From: an uncultured virus (IMG/VR IMGVR_UViG_3300020727_000006)
Lineage: Duplodnaviria; Heunggongvirae; Uroviricota; Caudoviricetes
Reading direction: 5' to 3' (one strand)
IMG/VR virus record: IMGVR_UViG_3300020727_000006
DNA: 20,000 nt
The notes under the pieces were generated by a model. The model worked only from the letters and a program-made list of their open reading frames with translations. It was not told the DNA's origin and made no database searches. The position numbers and the translations under genes were made by a program. How positions within the stretch are numbered: the first letter of the stretch is position 1; the number at the start of each line of letters is the position of its first letter. This document shows, piece after piece, positions 8,494 through 17,233 of this stretch.

Positions 8494-11400
8494 GTCCAAG
8501 CAAAATAATTTATAGTAGTTGCGGCTGGTGTAATGCCAGCACCACTAAAATTATGAAATTGTATGCTTAAAGTATTCAACGAACTTGCGTATGCTGCGCC
8601 AATGATAACACCATAGGATTGGTCTGCTGATGGAATAACAACAACTCTATGACTTGTGGTTAAACCAGTAAGCGTAAATGTTTGTGTGCTTGTGCTATTT
8701 TTACCAATAGCACCTGGTGTTATTGATAATTGACCTGCAAGGATATTAGAAGCAGCAACAAGGTTATTTGCTTTGGAAGCAGTTCCACTTAAATTACCTA
8801 CAAAGTTGCCACTGGTTGAAGCATTACCAACTGTCAAGTTTCCACTAACTGTGCTGTTGCCAGTAACAGAAAGTGTATTAACAACTTCTGTGTTTGTAAC
8901 AGTTAAGTTGCCAGCACGAATATTACCACTATATGTTGTTAAGTATGCAGCAGTTACTGTATTGGCATTAGTTCCAAGACTGCTAATAGCACTATTAGCA
9001 GCCGTCACATTAGCGTTGATAGTTGTAATGTTATTAGTATTAGTTGTAATAGCACTATTGGCAGCAGTGATATTTGCCTGATTAGAAGTAATAGCACTAT
9101 TTGCTGCTGTAATGTTTGCCTGATTAGAAGTAATAGCACTATTTGCTGCTGTAATGTTTGCTTGATTACTTGTAATTGCGCTATTTGCTGCCGTCACATT
9201 GGCATTAACAGTTGTGATTAGATTTGCTTGTGTTGCCGCATTTGAAGTAAGTGTAGAAATTGCACTATTTGCCGCAACAATGTTTGCATTAATAGTTGTA
9301 ATGTTATTTGTATTAGTTGTAATTGCGCTATTAGCAGCCGTTACATTAGCATTAATGGTAGAGATTGCGCTATTAGCAGCCACGACATTAGCATTTGTTG
9401 AAGCAATTGCGCTATTAGCAGCAGCCACATTAGCATTAAGTGAAGCAAATGCCTGGTTGTTTGCAAGACCGCTCATTAGGCTTGCATTACCAAAATGATA
9501 GTTTGCTGAAATATTACCAGTAAGCGCAATACCAGTTCCATTAACATAGGTTAGGGAGGTATTGCCATTTATTTGTAACTTGCTGGTACCATCATCAACC
9601 GCACCAAGTAACCAACGACCACTATAAATTCTGCCTGCTTCATTTGCTGCAAGTGTTCCACCAGTATGGAATACAACTGCCTTTTGTGTAGTCTGTGTTC
9701 CAATGGTTAGATTACCACCATTTGTATAAACATAACCATCAAGTGGATATTGTAGTGTAAAACCAGGATCAGCATAGCCGCTGCTATTGATACCCATATC
9801 AATAAAGTTTGTAGATGCACTGCCAACATCAGCAGCAGCAATATAATCGGTGCTTGCTGCACTCAAGTTAGAAATATTTTGCGTAACAGTCTGTGCATAA
9901 GAGTTGGCGTTGCTTGTAAATTGTGCAATTGTGTTAAAGTCAATAATTGGTTGAATACCAACACTTAATTCGCCAGTTACATATGCATTGCCAGCATACA
10001 TATTTTTCCAAACACGAGTAGCATTACCAAGTGATTGTGCAAGCGTAGTAACAGGAACCATATCTATGCTGCTAATCCATGCCGTTTGCGAATCACTATA
10101 CAATAGATGCGCATAATCAACATTACCGATAACAATGCCAGCGCCATCAGCAGCGCCACTAGTTGCAGCATTTGCAGCAAGAGTAAGCGTTAATCCACTT
10201 ACAGTCTGTGCTGTGCTAAATGTAGTTGTAGTAGTTCCCTTAACATTCAAGTTACCATAAACAATTAAGTTACCAGCAATAGCACTATTTGCAGTTGCAG
10301 CAGTAGTATTGATAGTATAAGCACTAATATTGCCAACTGCCACATTACCAAAATTGTCACGAGAGACAATTGTAGATGGTTGGTTGCTTGGCGTAGCATC
10401 GGATGTTAGGTTAAGATAACGAACAGAACCAACATAACTTGTGCTGCCTGTGATATGACCGCCATTATTAATAGCACCAAAGGCAGCAGTGGTTTGCACC
10501 GAACCATCATTAAATGCAATATTAGCAGTTCCACTTAGCGTAATTTGGTTATTAATAAAGAATGGACCATTTTGTGTGCGGATACCATTATCAGTAACAT
10601 TACCACTGCGGAAAGTATCACCAAAAACATAAAAAGCACCAGTCTGTGTAGTAGTTCCAGTAAAATTAGTTGTTCCGAAACTTGCAGCAGCACCAGTGGT
10701 GTTAATATTTCCTACAAAATAAACATTGCCATTTAGCGTAGATGTTCCATTTGATGTAAAGGCACCAATTAGATTAGTAGTGCCGCTGGCAATAATATTA
10801 CCAGTCATTAGCGTGGTGCCTTGATTGATACTGTTGCCTACTACATAAGAGTTGCCTTGCGTGGTAATATTGCCTTGAATATTAAGGTTGGCTTGAAAGA
10901 ATGAACTTGCAGCAACAGTAATTGGACCAGTGAAACTTGTATTACCAGTATGCACAACATTACCTGTAAAGGTAGTTGTTCCAACACTTATACTATTACC
11001 AGTTTGTGTAATATTTCCTGTTTGAAGAATATCACCGTAAAAATATGATGCACCAGTATTAACTGCTGTGCCAATAATATTAACATTCGTTAAATTAACA
11101 TTGCCACCATCAAAGGATGCGGTTTTAGTGAGTGTAGTAGTTCCAATTGGTGTAGTCCAGATTGAAATATTACTGCCAGCATTTGATGGAGTTTGTGCTT
11201 CTGTGGTGGTCATACGAATATGAGCAATGCCACCAACAGGTGCTAACACACCATTATAAGCAGTGCCGCCATAACGAACCATATCTTCGCCAGCACCTAC
11301 CGCATACGGCGTATCTACGGTATTATCATATCTACGACCAGCATACAGTGCATAGTTACCAAAGGCATCATTATATACCTTTGATGATAGTGTTCCTTGA

Positions 11401-11849
11401 CCAGTGATATGCAGCATAACACCAGTTGAAGTTGGATTAATGATTGTGCCACTTGCGCTACCAATAATATCAATTCCGCTATCGGTGCTGTTTTGAACTG
11501 GTGTATAAAGATTAAGTGTGCCGTTTTGTAGCGTTTGAATAATAGGTTGATTAGAAGTGTTTGTAACTACGAACTCACCAAGAATATTAACAGTTCCCGT
11601 GCCAGTAGTATCAATATTGATATTAGCATTGGGAGTAATAGTGGATATAGTAGTATTAGATATAGAAAGATTACCAACATTGGCACTGTTTGTAGCAACA
11701 TAAACTGGAATACCACCGACAGTATGACCATCAGTTAAGCGCAATTCACCTGTGCTTGTGTTATAGAATAATTGGCCAGCCTCGCCAACAAAGCCAGCAA
11801 ATCCAACGGTATTAACACGACCTGCCTTAATTTTGGCTAACTGGCTCAT
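8490..11849 (-). CDS. Large virion fibre / tail-fibre-like protein
   Basis: 1119 aa rich in G/T/N/A/S. N-terminal GQLFYNTSTGELRLTDGHTVGG motif typical of phage structural proteins, beta-helix-like G-x5 repeats and a coiled-coil repeat block. Confidence 0.8.
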   Translation of the reverse strand: MSQLAKIKAGRVNTVGFAGFVGEAGQLFYNTSTGELRLTDGHTVGGIPVYVATNSANVGNLSISNTTISTITPNANINIDTTGTGTVNILGEFVVTNTSNQPIIQTLQNGTLNLYTPVQNSTDSGIDIIGSASGTIINPTSTGVMLHITGQGTLSSKVYNDAFGNYALYAGRRYDNTVDTPYAVGAGEDMVRYGGTAYNGVLAPVGGIAHIRMTTTEAQTPSNAGSNISIWTTPIGTTTLTKTASFDGGNVNLTNVNIIGTAVNTGASYFYGDILQTGNITQTGNSISVGTTTFTGNVVHTGNTSFTGPITVAASSFFQANLNIQGNITTQGNSYVVGNSINQGTTLMTGNIIASGTTNLIGAFTSNGTSTLNGNVYFVGNINTTGAAASFGTTNFTGTTTQTGAFYVFGDTFRSGNVTDNGIRTQNGPFFINNQITLSGTANIAFNDGSVQTTAAFGAINNGGHITGSTSYVGSVRYLNLTSDATPSNQPSTIVSRDNFGNVAVGNISAYTINTTAATANSAIAGNLIVYGNLNVKGTTTTTFSTAQTVSGLTLTLAANAATSGAADGAGIVIGNVDYAHLLYSDSQTAWISSIDMVPVTTLAQSLGNATRVWKNMYAGNAYVTGELSVGIQPIIDFNTIAQFTSNANSYAQTVTQNISNLSAASTDYIAAADVGSASTNFIDMGINSSGYADPGFTLQYPLDGYVYTNGGNLTIGTQTTQKAVVFHTGGTLAANEAGRIYSGRWLLGAVDDGTSKLQINGNTSLTYVNGTGIALTGNISANYHFGNASLMSGLANNQAFASLNANVAAANSAIASTNANVVAANSAISTINANVTAANSAITTNTNNITTINANIVAANSAISTLTSNAATQANLITTVNANVTAANSAITSNQANITAANSAITSNQANITAANSAITSNQANITAANSAITTNTNNITTINANVTAANSAISSLGTNANTVTAAYLTTYSGNIRAGNLTVTNTEVVNTLSVTGNSTVSGNLTVGNASTSGNFVGNLSGTASKANNLVAASNILAGQLSITPGAIGKNSTSTQTFTLTGLTTSHRVVVIPSADQSYGVIIGAAYASSLNTLSIQFHNFSGAGITPAATTINYFAWT
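8980..9440 (-). repeat. Intragenic heptad-based repeats (NANVTAANSAI / NQANITAANSAITS)
   Basis: About ten degenerate AANSAI units. The 42-bp unit at 9079-9120 is repeated at 9121-9162 with 41/42 identity. Confidence 0.9.
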
Positions 11850-11856
11850 TTAATTT

Positions 11857-12201
11857 TTAACTCTCTATTTCTTCATCGCTCGCAATATGTGCTACGATAG
11901 GATGTATGCCAGCATTACGCTTGATAATAGCAAGTTCATCGTCTGGTTGTTCTTCTGCACTATCATCATACATTGAATCTACGCCAGCAACTTTCTTTAG
12001 CAACTCAATCTTCTGCTGTAGTGGAGGCACCATTACACCGCCAGTTTCATCACTGGTATGTTCATCTTCTGGAAAATCGCCAGTAGGCTGTGGAGCAAGA
12101 ACTGCTGTAAGTTTAGCACCTTGCGGAGCAGCAGCCTGTGCTGGTTCGTTAATTTGTGTTAAAACATCTATTAGTTTGCGGATAAGTTCTGCGGCTTCCA
12201 T
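11857..12201 (-). CDS. Hypothetical protein, probably late/structural
   Basis: Start placed at ATG 12201 (MEAAELIRKLID...), with AGGA SD and CTAAATA upstream. Contains the motif MVPPLQQKIELLKK. Confidence 0.75.
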   Translation of the reverse strand: MEAAELIRKLIDVLTQINEPAQAAAPQGAKLTAVLAPQPTGDFPEDEHTSDETGGVMVPPLQQKIELLKKVAGVDSMYDDSAEEQPDDELAIIKRNAGIHPIVAHIASDEEIES

Positions 12202-12220
12202 AGGTAAATCCTGTTTTAGA

Positions 12221-12227
12221 TATTTAG
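12221..12227 (-). promoter_or_regulatory. Putative T4-late-like promoter (CTAAATA)
   Basis: CTAAATA upstream of the 12201 gene and the fibre gene. Confidence 0.55.
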
Positions 12228-14179
12228 TTATTGTTGCCAATCCAATGATCATAATCTAATTGTGCAGTAAGTTTATCTAACAATTTTTGACTGTAAAATA
12301 AGTTATAGTTTGCCAATCGGCGTTCTTCTGTATCTTTAAATATCTTTTTCCAGTTATAATCTACAATTGTATCAAGTTGTTCATGAATCATATCGATTCG
12401 TTTATGCCAATCATCTTCAAAATCATAGCTATGATCTATGATATCATCAAATACATCAAACCCAAGTTCACGAAAAAAATTAACAAGCGTTGGATTGCCA
12501 AGAAATATTGGCATCTGACCCGCACGAAACGGCTTCCAACTTTTTTCACTAACATATAAATCTATAGTATTAACAGTTGTTTCAGTTACAAGATTAATAT
12601 ATGAGTTATGATAAGCTTCATCTTGAACAGAATAATCGATAGGATATTTTTCTGGAAGCCTATCACATAAACTTAGATAAGTTGGCAATATAGTGTCGTC
12701 ACAAAAATGCAACCCAGGCCTTTCTGTTTTTTCTTGTGCTTCATCAAAGTTATTATACATTGAAAACCGCAACTTATTGAACCAAGGTTTCTTTACTAAC
12801 TTTACAAAATTTTCTATTCTATGCGGTCTACTACGATCATTTAAGCAAGATATAGGATAGTGTCTATAAGAATTTGCAACTAAAAGTGGCGATGGTTTAT
12901 GGTCGTGTGATTGAAGATAACAATATGGAAAATACGCAGCTTTATCTAATGCGTTATTAAGATATTTTACATCACCAGTTAGTATTAAAAAATCATCAAA
13001 TGTTTTTGATAGTTCAGGAACTATTTTTTCTGTGGTATCATTATATGGACAATTTGATAAATCTATTATCAGCTTATCATTTTTAATGCCAGATTTTATT
13101 TTATCTATATCCATATCAAATTTTTTAGTTTTTTCAAAATCAAACAAATTCCAAAATGAAATAGAATTTTCTATAAAATTCCAATATTTTTTATGTTCAA
13201 CTATTTTTGGCTGACTTATGTTTATATTTGGTAACGATGTATCTAAAGTTATATGTTTAGTTAATTTCTTTAGCAAATCTTCGCTATAAAACAATTTACT
13301 ATTAGCAAGTCTGCGTTCAAGTGTATCTTCATAAATTTTAGGCCAATCATAACCACTTACTTTATCTATTTGTTCATGTACCATATCGATTCGTTTATGC
13401 CAATCTGATTCTGTGTCATAGCTATGATCTATGATATCATCAAACATATCAAATCCAATTTCTCGTAAAAATTTTACAATTTCTACGCCTGTTATATAAA
13501 GAGGAATCATGCCGCATTTTAATGGTTTATATGTTTTTTCAGATATAAAATACGATGAATTGCTAACAGAAGCATCCGTGATTAAACTTATATAACTGTT
13601 TCTCCAAGCAGGATTACTAACAGTCATCGCTGATGGATAAGTGCTAGGTTTATCTTTTATTAAATTTAAAAATTTAGGCAATATGTTTTTATTGGCATAT
13701 TGCACTTCTGTTTCATTGCTTTCATGTGCATGATTATAATTGTTGAAGATAGTATAATATGTTTTATCAAACCATGATTTAGTAGACATCTTGACAAAGT
13801 TTTCAACGCGATGCGGTCTGCTGCGACCATTTAAGCAAGATACTAGATATTTTCTTTGTGAATTTTTAATTAAGTTAGTATCAAAGTTGTCAGATGAGGT
13901 TGTATACAAGAACCAAGGAAAATAAACTATATTGTTTGTTGGTTTGTACCAATATTGTAAATTTCCAGATAAAATTAAAAACTTGTCATAAATTTTTTCA
14001 AGTTCGTTAACTATATCTTGAGTGGTTGAAAATTCTAAATCATTGCTTATATTAACAATAGGATATTCATTAGAATTAAATTTATTTTTAATAGTATTAA
14101 TAGGATCAAGATAATCGTAAATTTGCCAAGGCGGAGGTAATTTATCTACAAAATTTTTTAATTCTTGATAATATGTCAT
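12224..14179 (-). CDS. Tandem-duplicated glycosyltransferase-like protein (two GT10/exostosin-like domains)
   Basis: Each half has SCLN.RSRPHR.ENFVK, SYI.L.T, SEK..KP...G..P and GFD.FDDIIDHSYD.E.DWHKRIDM.HEQ. The DNA repeat offset is 993 bp. Confidence 0.65.
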   Translation of the reverse strand: MTYYQELKNFVDKLPPPWQIYDYLDPINTIKNKFNSNEYPIVNISNDLEFSTTQDIVNELEKIYDKFLILSGNLQYWYKPTNNIVYFPWFLYTTSSDNFDTNLIKNSQRKYLVSCLNGRSRPHRVENFVKMSTKSWFDKTYYTIFNNYNHAHESNETEVQYANKNILPKFLNLIKDKPSTYPSAMTVSNPAWRNSYISLITDASVSNSSYFISEKTYKPLKCGMIPLYITGVEIVKFLREIGFDMFDDIIDHSYDTESDWHKRIDMVHEQIDKVSGYDWPKIYEDTLERRLANSKLFYSEDLLKKLTKHITLDTSLPNINISQPKIVEHKKYWNFIENSISFWNLFDFEKTKKFDMDIDKIKSGIKNDKLIIDLSNCPYNDTTEKIVPELSKTFDDFLILTGDVKYLNNALDKAAYFPYCYLQSHDHKPSPLLVANSYRHYPISCLNDRSRPHRIENFVKLVKKPWFNKLRFSMYNNFDEAQEKTERPGLHFCDDTILPTYLSLCDRLPEKYPIDYSVQDEAYHNSYINLVTETTVNTIDLYVSEKSWKPFRAGQMPIFLGNPTLVNFFRELGFDVFDDIIDHSYDFEDDWHKRIDMIHEQLDTIVDYNWKKIFKDTEERRLANYNLFYSQKLLDKLTAQLDYDHWIGNNN

Positions 14180-14472
14180 TATCCACGATAAACCGTATAT
14201 GGATTTCCCAATCCACCCGTAAAAGCATTGCCGCCACTATATGTAATTACATAATTTGCGCCACTTGTGGATACACCACTAATAGTACCAGTTCCACCTG
14301 CAACGGTGATTTTCATGCCACTAGTTGGCATACCAGTTTTAAAATCGCTTTTCTTTACCGTCGCACTACGCAAACTACTGCCATTAGCAACAGCAATTAC
14401 GCCATTGGTTTGAGCAGTAGTAGTTGCACTTGTGCTATGTGGGCGTAGCAAACCATTGTGTAAACCAGGCAT
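14179..14472 (-). CDS. Small G/T/S/A-rich protein, probably virion-associated
   Basis: 97 aa, TAATG-coupled on both sides. Confidence 0.7.
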   Translation of the reverse strand: MPGLHNGLLRPHSTSATTTAQTNGVIAVANGSSLRSATVKKSDFKTGMPTSGMKITVAGGTGTISGVSTSGANYVITYSGGNAFTGGLGNPYTVYRG

Positions 14473-14771
14473 TACTGGCTCTTTAATTCAAGAACATTGC
14501 AAAGACCGCTAGTGGTACTTTGAATTGCTGCTACTTTGTCACCGCCATTGACAGCGATAAATTCAACACCACCGCCTACGATTAGCATACAATTTCCAGT
14601 ATTGAAAGCAGTAGGATTAGCACCCCATGCAATATAGGTATCTGCATTTGTTGTTACACGAAGTATACTTGCTACACTACTAAATGCAGCCGTTGAGTTG
14701 CTACTGCTGCCCGTGGTGATTGTTTGTGCATTTGCTACTGCATAGGCACCTTTTCTTAAAAGAACTGACAT
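14472..14771 (-). CDS. Small protein, probably virion-associated beta-sandwich
   Basis: 99 aa with motif LRVTTNADTYIAWGANPTA...GDKVAAI. GGGGA SD and ATAAATA upstream. Confidence 0.7.
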   Translation of the reverse strand: MSVLLRKGAYAVANAQTITTGSSSNSTAAFSSVASILRVTTNADTYIAWGANPTAFNTGNCMLIVGGGVEFIAVNGGDKVAAIQSTTSGLCNVLELKSQ

Positions 14772-14796
14772 TTATGATTCCCCGAATCTATAAGAA

Positions 14797-14803
14797 TATT
14801 TAT
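14797..14803 (-). promoter_or_regulatory. Putative T4-late-like promoter (ATAAATA)
   Basis: Heads the minus-strand run 14771->12224, back-to-back with the methyltransferase promoter. Confidence 0.5.
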
Positions 14804-14804
14804 C

Positions 14805-14833
14805 TTGACTTATATTATAAGAAATAGTAAATT
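14805..14833 (+). promoter_or_regulatory. Sigma70-type promoter, probably leaderless
   Basis: TTGACT (14805-14810), 17-nt spacer, TAAATT (14828-14833). ATG at 14840 is 6 nt downstream, with no SD. Confidence 0.6.
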
Positions 14834-14839
14834 ATATGT

Positions 14840-16063
14840 ATGGCAAATGTAACACTACTACACGGCGACTGCCGCGATCAACTCAAAACTCTACCTGACA
14901 ATAGCATTGACAGCATTGTAACTGATCCACCGTATGAACTTGGATTTATGGGTAAAAGTTGGGATGCCAGTGGCATCGCATATAATACGGATATGTGGCG
15001 TGAATGCTTGCGTGTACTAAAGCCAGGCGGACATATGCTTGCTTTTAGTGGTTCACGCACATATCATCGTATGACGGTTGCCATTGAAGATGCTGGTTTT
15101 GAAATTCGTGACCAAATTATGTGGGTGTATGGCACAGGGTTTCCAAAGAACCATGATGTTAGTAAAGCAATTGATGCCAAGATATTAACAGGCGGGTCAC
15201 ATAGTAAAAATATTAAATCTGCAATTGAACAGCGGCCTGGCGAAAGCAGAGAAACAGCAACTCTTCCAAATAATGGCGTTATGAGCGATGAACGCAAAGG
15301 TGGAATTACAAATGATAATCCCGCAACGCCAGAAGCGCAACAATGGAGCGGCTGGGGAACTGCACTTAAACCATCGCATGAACCAATTTGCGTAGCAAGA
15401 AAACCGTTGGGTGAAAAAACTGTTGCAGAAAATGTACTAAAGTATGGCACAGGTGCACTGAATATTGATGCTACTCGCGTTGAAGGCGAACCACCAAAAG
15501 CCATGATAGGAACTGGATGGGCAGCACAAGATAAGAAAAACGCAGAGCATGGCTTTCGTCCTAACGCATATTATACAGATCAAAATGGCGTAGAGTATGA
15601 ACCAAATGATCTTGGTCGTTGGCCAGCAAACTTTATTCATGATGGCAGCATAGAAACAGAATGGTCAAAGTTTTTCTATGGCGCAAAAGCAAGTCCACAA
15701 GATCGAAATGATGGTCTAGATGACTTTGAAGGTGGAAAAACAAATGACGGTCGCAAAGTAGATGCTAACAACGCTTATCAGCGCGGCGCAACTGTTAGAA
15801 AGAATACACATCCAACAGTAAAACCAACTGATTTAATGATTTACTTGTGCAAGATGGTAACACCGCCTAACGGGACTGTTCTTGATCCTTTTATGGGGTC
15901 GGGGTCAACTGGGCGAGGAGCAATCAATGGCGGGTTTAATTTTATTGGCATTGAGATGAGCCAAGAATATATTGATATTTCTCGTGCTCGTATTGCAATT
16001 GTTGAAAAAAGAGAAGAAGCTAAAATTAACACTGTGTTTAATAATTTATTTGAGGAAGAATAA
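14840..16063 (+). CDS. DNA N6-adenine/N4-cytosine methyltransferase, beta class
   Basis: Catalytic TDPPY near the N-terminus; HPTVKP and SAM-binding VLDPFMGSGST near the C-terminus. Confidence 0.95.
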   Translation: MANVTLLHGDCRDQLKTLPDNSIDSIVTDPPYELGFMGKSWDASGIAYNTDMWRECLRVLKPGGHMLAFSGSRTYHRMTVAIEDAGFEIRDQIMWVYGTGFPKNHDVSKAIDAKILTGGSHSKNIKSAIEQRPGESRETATLPNNGVMSDERKGGITNDNPATPEAQQWSGWGTALKPSHEPICVARKPLGEKTVAENVLKYGTGALNIDATRVEGEPPKAMIGTGWAAQDKKNAEHGFRPNAYYTDQNGVEYEPNDLGRWPANFIHDGSIETEWSKFFYGAKASPQDRNDGLDDFEGGKTNDGRKVDANNAYQRGATVRKNTHPTVKPTDLMIYLCKMVTPPNGTVLDPFMGSGSTGRGAINGGFNFIGIEMSQEYIDISRARIAIVEKREEAKINTVFNNLFEEE

Positions 16064-16329
16064 TGACCAAGCAGCTTGATAACAACTTGTTTGAAGAAGA
16101 GGAAACTCATACATTTAATCCACGAGATGAATGGAAAAACATGCCTGAATTTGTGCAAGAGAAACAAGAGCCATTTGCTAAGATCATTGTAAGATTTGAC
16201 AGTGCAGAGGCATTAGAAGAATTTAGTAAATTAATTGGACAAAAGCTTACGCCAAAAACAAAAAGCATTTGGCACCCTCAACTAGTTCGTGGTCTTAACG
16301 CAAGCAAGCGGTGGGTAGATGAATCCTAA
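16063..16329 (+). CDS. Small protein associated with the DNA-base glycosyltransferase
   Basis: Motif WKNMPEF.QE...IIVRF...IGQKLTPKTKSIWHP, which I recall next to GREB1/TAGT-like glycosyltransferases in phages; coupled on both sides. Confidence 0.65.
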   Translation: MTKQLDNNLFEEEETHTFNPRDEWKNMPEFVQEKQEPFAKIIVRFDSAEALEEFSKLIGQKLTPKTKSIWHPQLVRGLNASKRWVDES

Positions 16330-17179
16330 TCATCCAGTTTATATCGTGTCTAAAGGCAGATGGGAATCTAGGCTAACCAGTAAAGCACTGGAAGAAATCA
16401 ATGTGCCATATCATATTGTAGTTGAAGCAAGTGAATATGACAAATATGCCGCTGTCATTGATCCTAAAAAAATTCTTGTACTTGACCAAAAATACCTAGA
16501 TGAATATGATACATGCGATGACCTTGGAAGTACTAAGAGCAAAGGGCCTGGCGCTGCTAGAAACTTTGCATGGGAACATAGCATAAGCCAAGGCGCAACT
16601 AAACATTGGGTATTGGATGATAACTTTGATGCGTTTCATCGTTTTAATCGCAATGTTAAAGCAGAAGTTAAAAGCGGAACAATATTTAAAATTGCAGAAG
16701 ATTTTGTAGACAGATATGAAAATGTTCCAATAAGTGGATTTAACTATTATAGTTTCTGTAAAGCAACTGATGCAGTACCACCATTTGTATTGAACACTAG
16801 AATTTATTCTATTCTTCTTATACAAAACGATATACCATATCGTTGGCGTGGACGATACAATGAAGATACTGATCTATCATTGCGAGTATTAAAAGATGGG
16901 TTTTGTACTATCCAATTTAATACTTTCTTAGCTGGAAAAGTTACTACACAGCGGATGGCAGGTGGCAATACTGCTGACTTTTATAAACAAGAAGGCACGA
17001 TGGCAAAATCTCAGATGTTAGCTGATTTACATCCTGATGTTGCCAAAGTAGTATGGCGCTTTAATCGTTGGCACCACCATGTTGATTATCGTCCATTTAA
17101 AAATAACAAACTAATAAAAAAAGCAGGACTAGTAATTCCAGATCAAATTAATAATTATGGAATGAAGTTAGTGTCATAA
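16319..17179 (+). CDS. GREB1-like / TET-associated (TAGT) GT-A glycosyltransferase, probably DNA-base modifying
   Basis: Motifs VYIVSKGR, GPGAARNFAWEHS, HWVLDDN (DxD-like), NTRIYS, WRGRYNEDTDLSLRVLK and GGNT. Confidence 0.8.
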   Translation: MNPNHPVYIVSKGRWESRLTSKALEEINVPYHIVVEASEYDKYAAVIDPKKILVLDQKYLDEYDTCDDLGSTKSKGPGAARNFAWEHSISQGATKHWVLDDNFDAFHRFNRNVKAEVKSGTIFKIAEDFVDRYENVPISGFNYYSFCKATDAVPPFVLNTRIYSILLIQNDIPYRWRGRYNEDTDLSLRVLKDGFCTIQFNTFLAGKVTTQRMAGGNTADFYKQEGTMAKSQMLADLHPDVAKVVWRFNRWHHHVDYRPFKNNKLIKKAGLVIPDQINNYGMKLVS

Positions 17180-17204
17180 TACTGTCACAATAGTGTGATA
17201 AATT
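17171..17204 (+). promoter_or_regulatory. Pho box (PhoB site) with downstream -10 element
   Basis: GTGTCAT-AATA-CTGTCAC (17171-17188) vs the consensus CTGTCAT-A(A/T)A(T/A)-CTGTCA(C/T). TAAATT starts after a 10-nt spacer (17199-17204). Directly upstream of pstS. Confidence 0.85.
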
Positions 17205-17233
17205 ATGTTTAGCATTTCAAAGGAGAAAACCAT

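Noticed and set aside
9040..9200. CRISPR-like array
   Set aside because: The repeats are contiguous, in-frame 42-bp coding units without unique spacers, and no cas genes are present.
8773..12259. Plus-strand ORFs (8773, 9199, 10545, 11162, 11535, 11906), some looking hydrophobic or membrane-like
   Set aside because: Antisense to the fibre gene and its upstream neighbour; the apparent hydrophobicity comes from the reverse complement of Asn/Thr/Ala repeats.
12378..13453. Template/variable repeat pair of a diversity-generating retroelement
   Set aside because: Both copies are coding halves of one duplicated domain, the differences are not adenine-specific, and no reverse transcriptase is in the window.
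14878..16825. Minus-strand ORFs within the MTase/GT operon
   Set aside because: Antisense to well-supported genes, with no motifs or start signals.
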